58,710 nt of DNA, filler included, from Sphacelaria rigidula (GCA_964200075.2; 5 parts of 5 records of this genome joined end to end with filler, not necessarily neighbours in it); one strand, 5' to 3'; counted from the whole stretch's first letter, positions 1-13,787 are shown. Notes: generated by a model not told the origin, from the letters alone. Program-made: numbers and translations.

Positions 1-826
1 CATGAGACTGCACGCGTTGAGCACCCACATTGTGGAAAAAGTGTTGTGTTTAGCTCAAAGACGCCAACGAAAGCAATAAAATAATCGGAAATAAAATCGG
101 ACACCGTTGAGGGCTCGTATAAAAATAACGGACTTTACTTATGGGACAGAGGAAGTATATTTATATTCACTAGCTTAGGACGTTTTAGTTTAGTAAGGAC
201 CATATTTTCACGAGAAAGCCCGTACCTCTCTCAAAGAAAAAAAATGAAAGCTTCATTTTTTTTCTTCGGCATGCCTTTGCAATTTTCCATGATGAGTTTC
301 AAATCTCAAATCATAAAACTAAGCTCAGAAACTGAGATTAGATCCGAGAGCATTGTCCATTTTTCGTTGAAACTCCCCAAAACGAACAAAAATTGAAAAA
401 ATAATAAACGATGTTTTTTTTTTCAATTATGCACTAGCGGTTCTCCATACGGAAATTCAAAGCACAACTCTCAAAAGCGAGACGCAATATTCAGATAGAG
501 TGCATCAAGTGCTTCTGCTAGAAATGTAATGGTTTTAGTACATAACCTCATGTGCGCCATATCTCGAAACCGATAGCGAATTGGGCAAAAATGGAGGTAT
601 CGATCGTTTCTCCCTGCTCCAGGGAATGTCCACACCAAAAATCGTCATCATCCGCTGTATATATCGTTAGGGGTTTCATAGAGAGTATGGACGCTATTTT
701 CGTACGGTATAGGAATTACTAGACATGATATTCGAAAACGAGAAAAAATTGGCCCAGACCTTTGAGCACATGGGCACCTTCCCCATGATCAGGCGACTAA
801 CACGATATGCAGATCGAGGCCCAACT

Positions 827-890
827 CGTCTGGGTCGATGAGATATTGCTTTGAGAGCTTAAATCCGTGTCTGGGCCGGCCCAGCGCGTA
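827..890 (+). repeat. Dispersed repeat shared with 47051-47115
   Basis: cgtctgggtcgatgagatattgctttgagagcttaaatccgt versus cgtctgtgtcgatgagatactgcttctagagcttaaatccgt. Confidence 0.75.
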
Positions 891-2565
891 TTATCGTGGT
901 GAAAAATCGGGGAGAACAGCTGAGTTTGTTGACGGACATCTCTTCCCAAATACACACATCTACATCTGTATCGCCAACGTTCGAACAAAAAGTATCTTGA
1001 GTTTACTGTACGAGTATTCGACATTTTTTTGAATTTGTCTTCATCTTCACTATAACCCTCTGGGATTGGCGGATATAGGGGGAAGAGACAGGTCGTTTGA
1101 ACAGGAACCATTTCACACCCCGAACGACAGGTGGTTCAGGGTTGCAACAGGCCATACTTCAAGGAGTACACTTTTTCTATTGCAACTATGGGCCGCCCAT
1201 TATCCAGGGTGTAATTTTTTTTCCAATTTTGTGGTGTCGACGCGATGTGGGGAAAACACCCGTTTTCAGCGGGGGGTGGTACTAACCGTATATGGTCCAA
1301 CAACATGGTTCTTCGGCCGTAGAGCGATAAAAAAACACTGATTGTAGAAATAAAAAATGTGTATCGTGTGGTCATTCACCACGACGATCGGGGTTGTTTC
1401 GATCGACTGAAAGTACGAAACATTCAGAACCTGCGGCTATACGCTCGTGGGACCCCGACGACGGGTTACCTTACAGGGTCATCCAAAATTACTTGAATAA
1501 AAGAGTTTTTCCTCCTTCAGAGTTTGAGGGTACGAATATCTCTCTCGATTCAAAAATTGTTTGAGATCAAATGCTCCCCGTGATGTCTTCATACTGTGAT
1601 CGAATCACCTTTAAAGAATTGTAAATTCCGTCGTTTTTTCTTCTTCATTTGGATGTCACCTACATATTTCCTCGTCGTGGATATAGAGCATCGAAGGCTT
1701 GAACCATGAACACTGAGCACGCTCCAACGCAGCAACGCCACAACACGTAACAACACATACTACAGGTACCACCCCCCCCTCCTCGCCCTCCTTCCTTGCT
1801 CGTTCTCCATTGCTGACCTGTTCGCCGCCCCTGGAACACGTCTCGACGTGAATACGAATGCGAGTGCCCGCTGGCACTGCGCCGTGGCAAACGACGAGCT
1901 GAAAAGTGCTGGTCCCGTCCAGCACGGCAGGCCGTTGCGGCGTGAGCTGGAACATATTGCCGCGCGATGCAATGGGTTTCTGTCGCGGAATACAAGATGT
2001 AGAGAGCGGCGGCGTAATATCACCGGAGGGGAGGGGGGACAGGGTGTACTAATGATCTTGCAGGTCGTAATCATAGTAAGACCCATTGACCTCGCATCAC
2101 TACAAAGTCGGGACGGAGCACGCCGGGTTTTCGCCGGGCCAGGCTCGCACTCAATCACCAAGCGCGAAGCGCCGTGATGCGTTCAGCGAGTCGCATGAAT
2201 GATGAGTTGCATCCTGCTAAGATTGTTCCTGCTACGAGTGTTCCGCCTGATGCGTATTGAGTACCTTACATATGGATGACAGTCTCGAATGAATTTCCCT
2301 AATTTTTGGCATCGCCACTTCTAGAGACAGCCACGGCTTCCGCACTGCCTCATGGGTGTCTCACCATGTGACACCACGTAGTACGATCATCCAGTTTGCG
2401 CGGAGTTGAGTTTTTCCCACCCCGCACAATATGAGCTAGCTCGACCACCATAATGCTTACCGCAAAAAAGAAGCAAACAAAGCAATATATGGTGAAGTGG
2501 CACCATAGCTTACGCGGTGAGTGGCGTTTTTTACAACGTCATTGCCAACCGACGTCTACCCTCAA

Positions 2566-2566
<1 letters not shown>

Positions 2567-2610
<44 letters not shown>

Positions 2611-2740
2611 GGGGGAAGAAAACGCAAAAAAAAAAAAAAAAAAAAAAGGGCGGGCATGTAATTTAATGTGNNNNNNNNNNGTGGAGGTGGGGCGCGTAGG
2701 GGGCGGGGGCGGGGGGGGCAGGGGGGGGGGGGGGGGAGAT
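2567..2740. repeat. Poly-G / poly-A low-complexity tract around a 10-N gap (2671-2680)
   Basis: G-run over 40 nt and A-run over 20 nt at a contig edge; sequence quality is suspect. Confidence 0.9.
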
Positions 2741-4886
2741 GAAAGGTGAAGCACCACCAACAATAAAAAAGACAAGGGGACGGCTATACTGATACTTGAC
2801 CTGTTAATACGGATTTCATCCGAGTTTACGGATTACGTACACGATGCGGTTTGAGCTATCAAGTTCCCTAGGCTGGTGGTATCAGGGAGGTGATGATAGG
2901 GTGGGTGATGAGGGACTTAGTCAAAGTATCCACTAATAATTACCAAGGTGGTGATGATATCCAGGGTAGACAAGCTTGTCGGGTTAATTGCACTCCCAAA
3001 TGTATCGAAGTGTTATTGAAATGGGGGTGAAATGCGGTCGTTGAGATTCCCCGTAACACCGGACTGGTCGAGCGGTAATACAGTCGCCATTAACATGACA
3101 CATTATTCGACGAACACAAGAATAAGGAACATGGCAGATGATATTTGTTGTCTGCTTCGCCCCGACAGGGGGCGCTATTGTGTATCGTATGACCCATGCA
3201 ACGCAGTTCTCATTGAATGAGGCTACCATTAGTTCTCGTTCATTTTGGCGAGTTGACAAATGAAACAACGTTCGCACGACGCGAGCAGTCGAGCGGAATC
3301 TGAATCCGGCGGTGGGTAGAAACCCCATGGAAATTGACTATTTCCGAAACAAAACAATTACAGAATTGACCCGAAATGAAAGCAATTGAACCCGAAACGA
3401 CTCCCAGTTTGAGCCAACTTATCAAACAGACGTTTACATTGGTACTGAAACTAGGCGCGTACGAGCTGTCGCGCGGGAAAATATATTTTGCTCAGCGGAG
3501 AAGCAGATCTTGTGTGCATGATTTCATTTCTACCGGGTGGGGTATATTAATCAAAGATGTTTTGTTGAAAAACAAAGGTCCTGGGTGCAGGTCCAATTCG
3601 TCCGTATCCGAGGAGTTTTTCGACATCCGTCGGCCCGAAACTGAGCATATCTCCTCGCAGCTTGGGTGAGAAAAAAGTAGGTTTATTTCGATTTTCTCAT
3701 TTAATTGTGGCCAAAATGTTTCGCGTCTTCGACATAAAGTTGCCCCAGGACGGAAAACTTCCAAATACGGTGTAGAGAGAAAAAAAAAGACCCCTTCGTC
3801 GAGCTCCAAAATCTTGACCAATGTTTACCTGAAACACGATTTTCTCAAAAACAAGAGATTTATTAGAATAAAACAAGTGAACTGATGGTTTGATCCGTCT
3901 AAAACAGCTTTCTAACGATACTATTCATATCTTGTGAAGATACGTACCGGGTTTGGCAAAACTTGAAACTTGATATGTGGATGGTCATGTTTTTTAGTGA
4001 AAATTGTGTTGCATGACCACACAGCAGGCACACGGATTAGCTCAGTATTTACCTCAGTTGGTCACAGGGGAAGGTCACATTCCCAATTCCAGAGGAAATA
4101 TAAATGGGTGGGGTACTCTAATCATTCCCGATGATAATCGGTCTGGTGCCAACCCTGCAGGCGTGCATCACCTGGGGATATTGTACACGGGGGTGGGTAT
4201 ACTCCGTACCCCGCCACTATTTCCAAAAGCGCAGGGCTGATCGGGAGCTCTAGTGCACCTCAATCTTTAGTCGAGTTCTTGACAGGCTCACGACCTCTGA
4301 AATGCTTCAGTGGTCAGCTTAGCCGTTTCTGCGCAGATGAAGGTGCGCAACACAGCAAGAAAGAGTCGAAAGTGTTCCGAAATGACATCCCCTTCAACCT
4401 AATCCGATAGAAACGTCTGCGTCGAGGTCGAAATAATCCCCCCCCACCGAAAATTGCTGCGTCTTGAAAGGGATGCGTGGTAAATGGTCAAACGACTAAG
4501 GTAAGCAACAAGTGAGTACGCTCCCCCCACACCGAAAATTACAAGTCGGCGTGAACATTGGAAGAGGGACTAGACGACAGTGCCTTCCAATACTGTGCCT
4601 GTACCCACGCGCGGCATGCCATTTGTTGCCTCTCTGTACGGCCTGCCGAGTGAGATCTGACAGTCTGAACCGCTGAGCAGTCCATCATCCCCCAGTCTGC
4701 CATCATCCGGCCCCTCAGAGGAAGTGATGTTACAATACCCAACCGTCGTGCATACAACTGGGAAATTCATTGCCGGGATGTACGTTATATACCACCCCCT
4801 AAATAACACTTCTGGTTGATGACCTTCTGGGTCTCAACAACTCATGTCTTATGGGGGCGTTGAGACGTATTTCGATCTGAAACCTA

Positions 4887-5567
4887 CGAGGAAGACCATT
4901 TTTTGTGGGGACCAATCTGTATTTGTACAAATATGAGGATTTCAGCCCGTGTACAGGACATTTTTCCCCGTGCAATGATTTTTCGTCTAGCTGTGAGAAG
5001 GTCAAACCAATTCGCCGATTCTCTGGACGTTGACTTTTGCAAGGATAGGTCGAGTAGAGTATACTCAATTGCGGGGTATTTCGAAAGTCGTACTTGAAGT
5101 ACACAAATTGAGGGTAGGGTTTTAGGGATCGCTTTCCAGTTATATTTTGGGTACGACTCCCAACACTCTACCCTAATTTGAGTACCCCAAGTACGTATTT
5201 CAAAATATCCCGTAATTGAGTATACTCTACTCCATCTGCCCCTGGACTCTTGGTATGTCACATTTATGCCCAAATCGAGACACTCCTGAATATGCGTGTC
5301 CAAAAAGATATGTGAGCCCCCGGTCTGTCCCTCGCGCACACATATTCGAGCGTGTCCCGATTTGAGCAGGAGTGTGATATATCAAAAGTGAACGTCCAGA
5401 CAATCGGAGAATTTATCTGGTATTCTCACAGCTAGACGAAAAAGATTGCCCACGGGACTGGGGTTCGGTGAATCATTGCACCGGAGAAAATCGCCTGTAG
5501 ACGGGCTGAAATCCTCAGATTCTGTACAAGGGCAGATTGGTCCACATAGAAAATGGTGTCATCGCCG
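4887..5567. mobile_element. Foldback non-autonomous element with ~150-bp inverted arms, flanked by TA (Tc1/mariner-like target); hosts MITE A copy 2
   Basis: 4896-5039 is the diverged reverse complement of ~5383-5556 (e.g. gaggatttcagcccgt / acgggctgaaatcctc and tttcgtctagctgtgagaa / ttctcacagctagacgaaa). Ends read TA|CG...CG|TA. Confidence 0.7.
5040..5244. mobile_element. hAT-type MITE family A, copy 2 (205 bp)
   Basis: Collinear with 13788-13993 over its full length. TSD GACTTTTG (5032-5039) / GACTCTTG (5245-5252). Confidence 0.88.
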
Positions 5568-7260
5568 TACGCCGGAGCACAACGGTATTCACCGCGTAGA
5601 AAAGGCGTTTGCTGACAGCGGGTTATTACACCGACAGCCGCGATACCAACAACACGGCAGCGAACCCAGTGAATAATGACTGATGTGCGGATGTAAGTGG
5701 CAAACACCTGGTCGGAGCAGTGTTTACTCCCTTTGAAAAATATGGAGGCGGCAATTGTGAAGGTTTAGCCGCTCAAACGCAGCGCACCCTGCGTCTGATG
5801 ATGCTGAAACTTCACGTATGTGCGGCTTGAAGCCGCAGGGAGGTGTTGACGCAGCAGTTTCGGCGACCCAAGGAGTTTCGAGCGCTGAGCGGCTTGAAGG
5901 ATGATCACGCATGATGCTTTTACAGTATAAACTTTTCCGAAACATTTCTCACTTTCCGGTGACAATTCTAGAGGGAAACCATATAAAATCCGAGCCGAAG
6001 CAGCGGCAGAATTTGCAAGCGTTGTCATTTACGTCGACCGCTTATCGGTCGACGGTGAAAGTGACACCGGAAACAATAGCCAGTCATGCTTCGACATATG
6101 TCAGAGGGTGATGTTCTTGGGTTTTGTATGCCGCCTCGCGCAAGACGCGGCAGTACAGCCAAGCCGAAGAGACGAGTGTTTCATGCCAAGGACCAGTGGA
6201 GATATTTGGGAAGGGAGTAACGTCTCCTTGGAGGCAGTGTTAGACCGAAGTTGCCGGAGACCACGACGGACTGGCGAGGAAAGGGCGGTTGCCGTAGTCT
6301 TTTATCAGAATCAACTTGAATTGCTTGTCCACAACGCTTCCACGTGAATATCTTGAACTTTTTCGCATATGCACTCTATCGAAGTTTTGCGGAGTTTTGC
6401 ATCACTTTACTTGGTTTCAGAATAGGACAGTGCAAGTTGCAAATTGCAATTTTCACGGAGGGGTCTCGGGTATTCTAGCCCTGCCGAGGCGTGGTTCGCG
6501 TCGTACAGTCGGTACTGCAATACTCGACGTAATGCTGGCTAGAAGAACACCGTGTCAACTTCGTCGTGTATTACCATGTCGTGATACATCTCGTGTACGA
6601 AGTGCTTCCCCTCTCCGCAGTGACACGCGTCCTTTGCCATCCGGGCGCCTCAGCCTGCCACATTTTTTGTATCACCACCTTACCGTACCGATATGGACCC
6701 GTCTCTTCCGAGGACGTCTGCCCCTTTACTTCTCAGCATATATTTTACGCCTTGGAGCATGACGGTCTCCAATGAACGCCACGGGTCATGACTTGAAAAA
6801 ATTGTACAATGCCTCCATGTTGTTGAAAAGGAACAGCACTGCGGAGTGGGGTCGAGAGCTGCTCAAGTGGTCGAGGGGGTTCGGTCAATCAAGAATTAAC
6901 GAAGGCCTGATGATTTGTTCAGATCTACGGTCGGCGAAAGCTCGATGTCACTACCGTACTGAACACAGGTGCACGCACCGTCCACGAACACTTGATACTA
7001 GAAGTAAACACGTCGAATACCTCGTTACTGCAGAGGCTCGGCGACACATGTCAATCAGGTTGTTATGGGTGAAAGATGGGATTATGTAGGAGCGGTTGGT
7101 GCATGCCTTGGCACATCCTCTCGGCCAGGGTGGGGGTGTCTCAACAAGGAGGGAGGTATGTATATGACACTTTCCGGAATCATCGGGGTCAACAGAGCTA
7201 TCGCATACTCAATGGCTCCCGGTACTATATATTCAAACAAGGAGGGTGGTATGTAAATAG

Positions 7261-9152
7261 CGGGGCTGTGTACGGAGGACAATCCGCTCGGCGGTGCAAA
7301 TTTTGTATTCTTAAACCTCACGGGGGGGAGCGAATATCCGAATGTGCGAAAAATTACGGACCATGACGGAGAAGATACCCGCGATTGAAAATGTCACGGA
7401 GCGGAGCGGATTTTTCGAATATGATACGGAGTAGAGCGGGGCGGGTATCTGCTAGTGGGAAAAATCACGGTTCGTCACGGAGCGGATATTCGCCCGCTAC
7501 AAAAGCACGGATTATTGCGGAGCAGATTGTTCCCCTTCGTGGAACAAACCGCACAAACAGCGGCATTTCCCCACGGTGCACCGTGGCAATAATCCGTCAA
7601 ATGACACGGTTATCCGCGAAAATTGTATGGATATCCGCGGATAAATACCGAGGGGTACGAAAGGAAACGTTTTGCTGGGGATCCCAGATACTGGACTTTG
7701 GGAGCAGCGTGCAAAAATGTGACGGAGGTGATCCAAGTTTCGGACAGGGATGACGGCGGATAACATGGTGCACATAAAACGTCGCGTCCCTAGAGGAAAA
7801 AATGAATCAAAAGAGGAAACCGATTATTAGATATTTGAGTATCACCCAGCCCTTATGGAGCACAGGGTGACGGGGGGCGGGGCAGCAGATGTGCAACAGC
7901 AGCAGCGCCTGACTCAGGACTGAGGCTCCCCAACACAAGAAAAAGCATGGAATGCATTGCCTAAGGATAACGTCAACAGCGGTACAGTAGTTTTTTTCTG
8001 GAAAAAAAATCGTATTTTTTTCGTAGTCGGGGATATTCGAAATTGTTTTCGCGTTCCACCGCTCCCCCCAGTGAACGTTTGATCCCAAAGTTTGTGGATC
8101 GAGAGATACTAGACATCATCCCCTTCACATTCTGAGAAAAAATCACATCTGCGCTCATTATTGAATGACTTAAGGGCTGACCGTTTTTCGGGGGTCCCAA
8201 GACTATCGAGCCCCAGGTTCTGACCCTTGAGTACTTTTTCTTCATTGGAGCAATCCCAATCGTTATCGTAAACAAATGAACGTGAGCGCTTTTTTTTCTT
8301 CGCCTATTTACTGCACAAGGGCTAAAAGCTGTTTTTCGGACCAGTGGCGGTTGATAACACCCCCTGATGACCAGGGTACTTACTCCGTACCACCCCGACA
8401 ATCCCAATTGAGGATTGTGCTGTCGACACGACCTGCTTCCCTTCCCAATATCTATCGACGCTAGGACTTCCAAGCGCTCAGGGCGGATACTACACGAGAA
8501 AATTTAGATTGATACCCAAAAACGAAAATTGTCCAACGGAGCTCTGGATAGCAGGCGGGGGTAAAAACCAATTCCGACTACCCTCACTAATGATTTTGCA
8601 GACCCTCATGTTTCCTTCGCCTATTCATTGCGCCAGAGCCAAATTCATGAAGTTTGGACCAAAAACGGTCAATTTATCCAGAATAATATTTTTTATACGT
8701 CCAATTTCACCTTATCCGGCATTCGGAACAATTTCGTCCGTGGGATTTCGTTGCTTTTCAGCGGTTTGATCTGAGTTATGCTATGAAGAACGCACGGATA
8801 AAGTTCAGAGTGCAGAATTTCATAACCGTATCGGCGAATTGCTTTCTCATAACAATATTTTTTGTGCTTCGAATTTTCAGTTATCCGGCATTAAAAACAT
8901 TTTCGCCCGTGGAAATCCGTGGCTTTTCAGCGCTTCGATCCGTAAGTTATGCTACGGAAAACGCAGGCATGAACTACGGAGTGGATAAAACCGCTCCGTA
9001 GAAAAACCGCGTTTCACGGTTCCAACCGCGCAGCTGTAATCCATACGGAGCGGATATCCGCCCCCTACGAATGCCACGGAGCGGTACGGTTTGACAAACC
9101 GCACCGTTGAAATCCGCTCCGCGGATTAATCTTCGATCCGCACACATCCCTC
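7261..9152. mobile_element. Old non-autonomous hAT-like element (~1.9 kb)
   Basis: Imperfect TIRs gggctgtgtacgga / tccgcacacatccc. Clustered ACGGAGCGGA-type subterminal motifs at both ends (7395-7490, 8975-9125). Internal ~170-bp tandem duplication at 8683-8983. TSD is degenerate. Confidence 0.5.
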
Positions 9153-10152
9153 GTACACGAGTATAGTGGTACTTTTCGAAACCATCGGGGTCAACAAAGC
9201 CATCGCACACTCGAGGCTGCCGGTACTATATATTCAAACAGTAATGGCGGTACCTCGAGTGGGATACCATTAATCTAGACTCAGACCGTTGGCTGTTCAG
9301 GTATGGTGTGCGTGTATACATATATTTCACATGTGCCTGCGCTCGAGGGGAGCGGACAAAAAAGACAAGAAAAGGGGGGACTACATCCGTAAAGAACCCG
9401 CGAACCGTTCTGAGAATATTTTAGTTTGCCAATATTTTTTATACTGGGTGTGGCCAAAGTAGCCGTTGCAAAATAAGGGCGGCGGCTGCAGCTTGCGGAG
9501 GCTGAGCGAGACGGGCACGTTGTCGGGATGGCAACGACTAGGGCATATATCCCATGGCACCGGTTGCACGAAGCCCAACACTCTTGTGCGTCACCGTAGG
9601 CGGAATTCAAGTTGCGCTGTGACGACGAGTGTTTCGTGAGGTTGGAAATCACCCGACTATTTTTGAATTCTGCTGGCAAGTGAAAGAAAGTGTTGGTGTT
9701 GCCAGGTCTGCAGGCTACCATAAACCCTTTGGAGACGTTTCGGCCGACGGCTGATGTGTTCATGTGTATACCCTCCTCCCCCCCCCCCAAACTCATTGCC
9801 TACTGATCAGCAACAGTAGAATCTTGCCGGCTGGTTCAACTGACCATCATTTGATGGCACATAGCATTACAGTTAGGCTCAGCGCCACGATATAAAAAAC
9901 AGGTTAAGGCAGTGCAGCAGCAATATTAGCAATATGACAATCCAGGTTTGTGCGGTTAAACCGCTTGCACCGCCCTGTTTATACCATTGACAGTAAGTGC
10001 GGCACAAGTCAGTTGGGCAGTTGGGAAGGACAAAAAGCACAGAACACAAACCTACAGACAGAGCAGTGAACGAGGATTAGACTACAAGGTTTGCACCCAA
10101 CACAAATTAATGATTCAAGACATTGCCGCCGACAGCATCTACCGTACTCCAC

Positions 10153-10377
10153 CTTGTCGCCTCCGGTGAGGGAAACATTGATATCAACGGTGGTGTGCTG
10201 CAACACATCTTCGTCATTCAGGAGCCGCACTTCCACATCTACGATCTGGCCCAAAAATATATACGCCGTCGAAGCGTTCACATCCAAGTGACAGCCCACC
10301 AACTGCACAACTGAAGCATCCGCGCCTGCTATCCCTCCTTCGCCTTGTCGAGCACGTTTAGCGCTGCGCTCGTCCAT
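10153..10377 (-). CDS. Candidate first coding exon of an unknown gene
   Basis: MDERSAKRARQGEGGIAGADASVVQLVGCHLDVNASTAYIFLGQIVDVEVRLLNDEDVLQHTTVDINVSLTGGDK, then AAG|GTGGAG. Protein-like with alternating beta-strand pattern. Downstream exons could not be joined. Confidence 0.45.
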
Positions 10378-11594
10378 CGCATAAATTATTGACCGCAAGC
10401 ATTAGCCTATAGCGTTGCCCAGTGTGCAGTTGAGTGACTTCAATTGGCCACTTACACGACTAGGCAACGACCTGCCTGTTATCGGACTGTCCAACCCTTT
10501 GAGCGCCAGGTCTCATTTCGGCACAATATTTCGGCTGACAGTCCCGGTGGAAACGCGCATACACCTTTGTCATCATCCAAAGATTGCAAGTTGCCCTGGG
10601 CGGTCAGTTTTACGCCGGGATTTAGTGTCACGTTTCCCACCACCACCCCTAAAATGAAGACGTGACGCAGTCTAAGAAGTTCACAGAGGGTTATATTGCA
10701 AATAAAGCGATACACGGCTGTAGTATGTATTTGAATCTACCTTCTCATCCCAGTCCGGCTCAATTCTACCCGGTACAGCTCACAAACCAGCGATGGATAT
10801 CCCTGAAAAAGTACTGCCTCGTTGTACAAGCGAGAAAGTCATTTTCCAACATGCCCCTCGGACATGCAACCAAATATTACTGATACTGTACGGATGCGTG
10901 CAAGCTGAAACTCTGCAGGGTGGTGTAGCTAAATACTAGCCGTCGTTTAAGCCCAAGAGCGCTTTGATTGAGGGTCGGGATAGTGCAGTATCTTTCTCAT
11001 AATATCATCACTTTACTCACGTTTTTTCATCTGCCACAGCGGTCTGCGCTGCCAGAAACTGAAGGGCTGATAAGCATACGTTATATCTGCACAGAGCAAC
11101 TTGATTTGCCTCTACATCTACTGGGTGTATTGAGATATTGCGATCTCGGTGAGGGGTGTTGAAACATGTGGAATGCGGTGTAAAACCCTATCCGGTCATA
11201 GTTGGTATCCAAATTGAGCGGTTAGTCATTGCGCCGCGTTCAGTTGGTTTTGGCTCATGCTACATGCTACGATGCGGGACGCATATTTCGCCGCAAACCC
11301 TCATCATTCAGGATCTCCTAAGGCCAGGAGTAACACAAGATTGAGAGTCAGATTATTCTAGTGTCATAATGCAATCCAGATATCCCGAGCCCTCGGAAAT
11401 GCTGATCGTGACGTGCTTATTTAAGTCATATAATGCAAGATGTTTTCGCGAGTTTGACACTCTGAGACACGACCGAGAGTTAGTATCGGCCGACCGAGAA
11501 ATGGAATGATTTCGATTCCGAAATGCTTCTCCGGGCCTTATATGAGGACCAAAACGCTTTCTGTAGCAGGTTACCATGAACCCTTTGCTTATTA

Positions 11595-11663
<69 letters not shown>
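11595..11663. repeat. (GTT)n microsatellite running into a gap
   Basis: About 23 perfect units. Confidence 0.98.
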
Positions 11664-11763
11664 NNNNNNNNNNNNNNNNNNNNNNNNNNNNNNNNNNNNN
11701 NNNNNNNTTAATTAATTAANNNNNNNNNNNNNNNNNNNNNNNNNNNNNNNNNNNNNNNNNNNN
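11664..11763. other. Artificial assembly spacer N44-TTAATTAATTAA-N44 (also 23427-23526, 35189-35288, 46951-47050)
   Basis: Identical 100-bp construct four times; the 12-mer has stop codons in all six frames. Confidence 0.98.
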
Positions 11764-12732
11764 CAATTGTATCATCTACTCTCAATCTCACGAAAACACT
11801 GTTATGCATGATCATGAGTACACCCCCTTTACGGCATCAATTACGTTTTGGGAGCCACTGTAGAAATGCCGCATACGATTGCTGACTGCGAGCCGTAAGA
11901 AGCGACATGCGTTTATTTTTGCCTCCGAGTTTTTTGCCCCCCCCCCCCCCCCCCCATCACCCGCCACCGGTGTGAGTACTACGGCACGCAACATCACGAG
12001 TACACGACCCGGCAGCCGCCTCCCTCCTCCAAAATATAGTTTGGCATGGTGTGTAGCGTTTTGACATTTGCCAGGGACGAAAACAGGTGAGCAGCGGTGT
12101 CGCGGCGTCAGCTGCAGTCACACGGATGGAGTAAATTACAAGGAAGGGGGTCCCCCGGCAAGATGAGAAGATCCCCGAGTTAGGAGTCGCGGTATACATG
12201 AGGCTGAGAAAGCCTTCTTTGGGCGACTGCACATGAACGTGGGCTTTTCGGGCTGCTCTATGCACATATTTATCTCGCTCTCGCGAACGGAGACCAACAT
12301 ACGTCATCCTTCCTCGATCACCTCCCCGTTGTGCGAGCTTATCGCACGAAACGAGACTGTAATCGTTATTGCAAACAAAACATGCAGCACTTGCCGTGTT
12401 TGATGGACTTGTTCTTGTTGAATCTGATGAGGAAGTGAGCAACCCTTGCAGTGCACTTCACCATCTGCTCGTCGAAGGCTATTCACAACCCGACCTCGGC
12501 AGCCTCACTCCACGCCCGATTCAGTATTTCTTCCAGTCTCCTGTGGAGCGAAAGGGGGTGAGGAGGGTGTGTTCTGGGTGGGTTACGGTGGGGGATGCCA
12601 GCGTCACGCGGGTTCTGCGCACAGACATCCTTGCATCCAAAACGAGGAGAGGCCGGCGGTGGCAACCCCGGCACAGATGTAATACGAAGTCTGCGTCTCG
12701 GTCTCGGTCGAGCTCTCTCACCACGAAGCCAA

Positions 12733-12831
12733 GGGGGGAAGGGGGACGCGTACTCGCTTGTTGCTTGCCTTCGTCATTTCACCATTGACCACAAATCCCT
12801 TTCGAGACGGAGCACCGGTATCACTCCTAAT
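12733..12831 (+). repeat. Dispersed ~90-bp repeat family; other copies at ~42880-42951 (+), ~4455-4528 (-) and ~46916-46950 (-, cut by a gap)
   Basis: Shared core gcgtactc.(c/t)ttgttgcttgcctt.gtc...accattgaccac..atccctttcgagacggagcaccg. Confidence 0.8.
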
Positions 12832-13787
12832 GAAGGTGATCATTATGTTTCTTGCATACATTACGAAACCCTTCACATATCTTATCCCCGTCCTGTTTGG
12901 CCATCTGGGCCAAACACGGAAACACGCTGTCGCGCCCCCCTCCCCCCACACATGTACCCACCCACGCTCTCTAGAAGTATGTATACTTGATATGTGCTTT
13001 TCCGTCGTAGCCCTTCTCCCTTCTCCGCGGCAGGCCCCGAGGTGCGAGATGGAAGAAGCGCGACATGAAGAGGAGAAAAAAATCGCGCGGCATGGTCTTT
13101 CAGACATGCAGAAAGTTGTGCTTCCCCCCCGTCCCCCAATGCATGGCCATCCGCGGGAGCCTCGTCATCCCCATCTGGAGTACAATTCCCAGCGCTCCAT
13201 AGACATGTCCTTTCCGGAACCCGCCCTCTGGTACACTGGTGTTCCCAAGCGTTCTGGTTTTCCGGCGGTGCCGCTGTTCTCGTTTTTGCTGCTTGCCGTC
13301 ATGCCCGGTCGGTTCTTCCTCCGCGGTGCAGAAGGCGACGTAGTCATTCGTCTGCAAGCCAACAACGGAACCAGTGGCAACCATCCATGGGAGTTTTGCA
13401 CCATGAATGGGGCGGCAGAGACACTTCCCATGGCTTCACACTGATTGCAAAAGCCGCCCGCAAAAACAGTGGCGGCATGCCAAACATTCATAGGTCCGCC
13501 GTGCAGAGATCACCAGTAATCACATCACGAACATGTATGAAGGGCAACAACGACGCCCGGAAGGTTGAACGTGTTGCGTTATGCGGATAACAAGCCAATG
13601 GAGGGAGGGGACGATAGATAGCAGAGATGCATCGCGCATGTCGCTTCGGTACTTCTCCCGACGTACCAGGATCGGGATACCCGACCGACGGCGATCAATC
13701 CCAGTTGCCATTACGAGCCGAAGCGTTGTCAAACGCATCAATTTGTCCAGTCTCCAACCAGAGAGTTTCAGTGTAAATAATATAATC

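Noticed and set aside
2453-2775. Poly-Gly/Lys/Pro ORFs
   Set aside because: Translations of homopolymer runs at a gap edge.
11708-11719. TTAATTAATTAA as a piggyBac TTAA target or biological palindrome (4 occurrences)
   Set aside because: Always centred in an identical 100-bp N spacer, so it is an artificial scaffold linker.
12758-13444. 228-aa plus-strand ORF (also 15094-15678, 20053-20670, 26712-27416, 39458-40348)
   Set aside because: Antisense shadows of GC-rich exons, or chance ORFs over repeats; no motif support.
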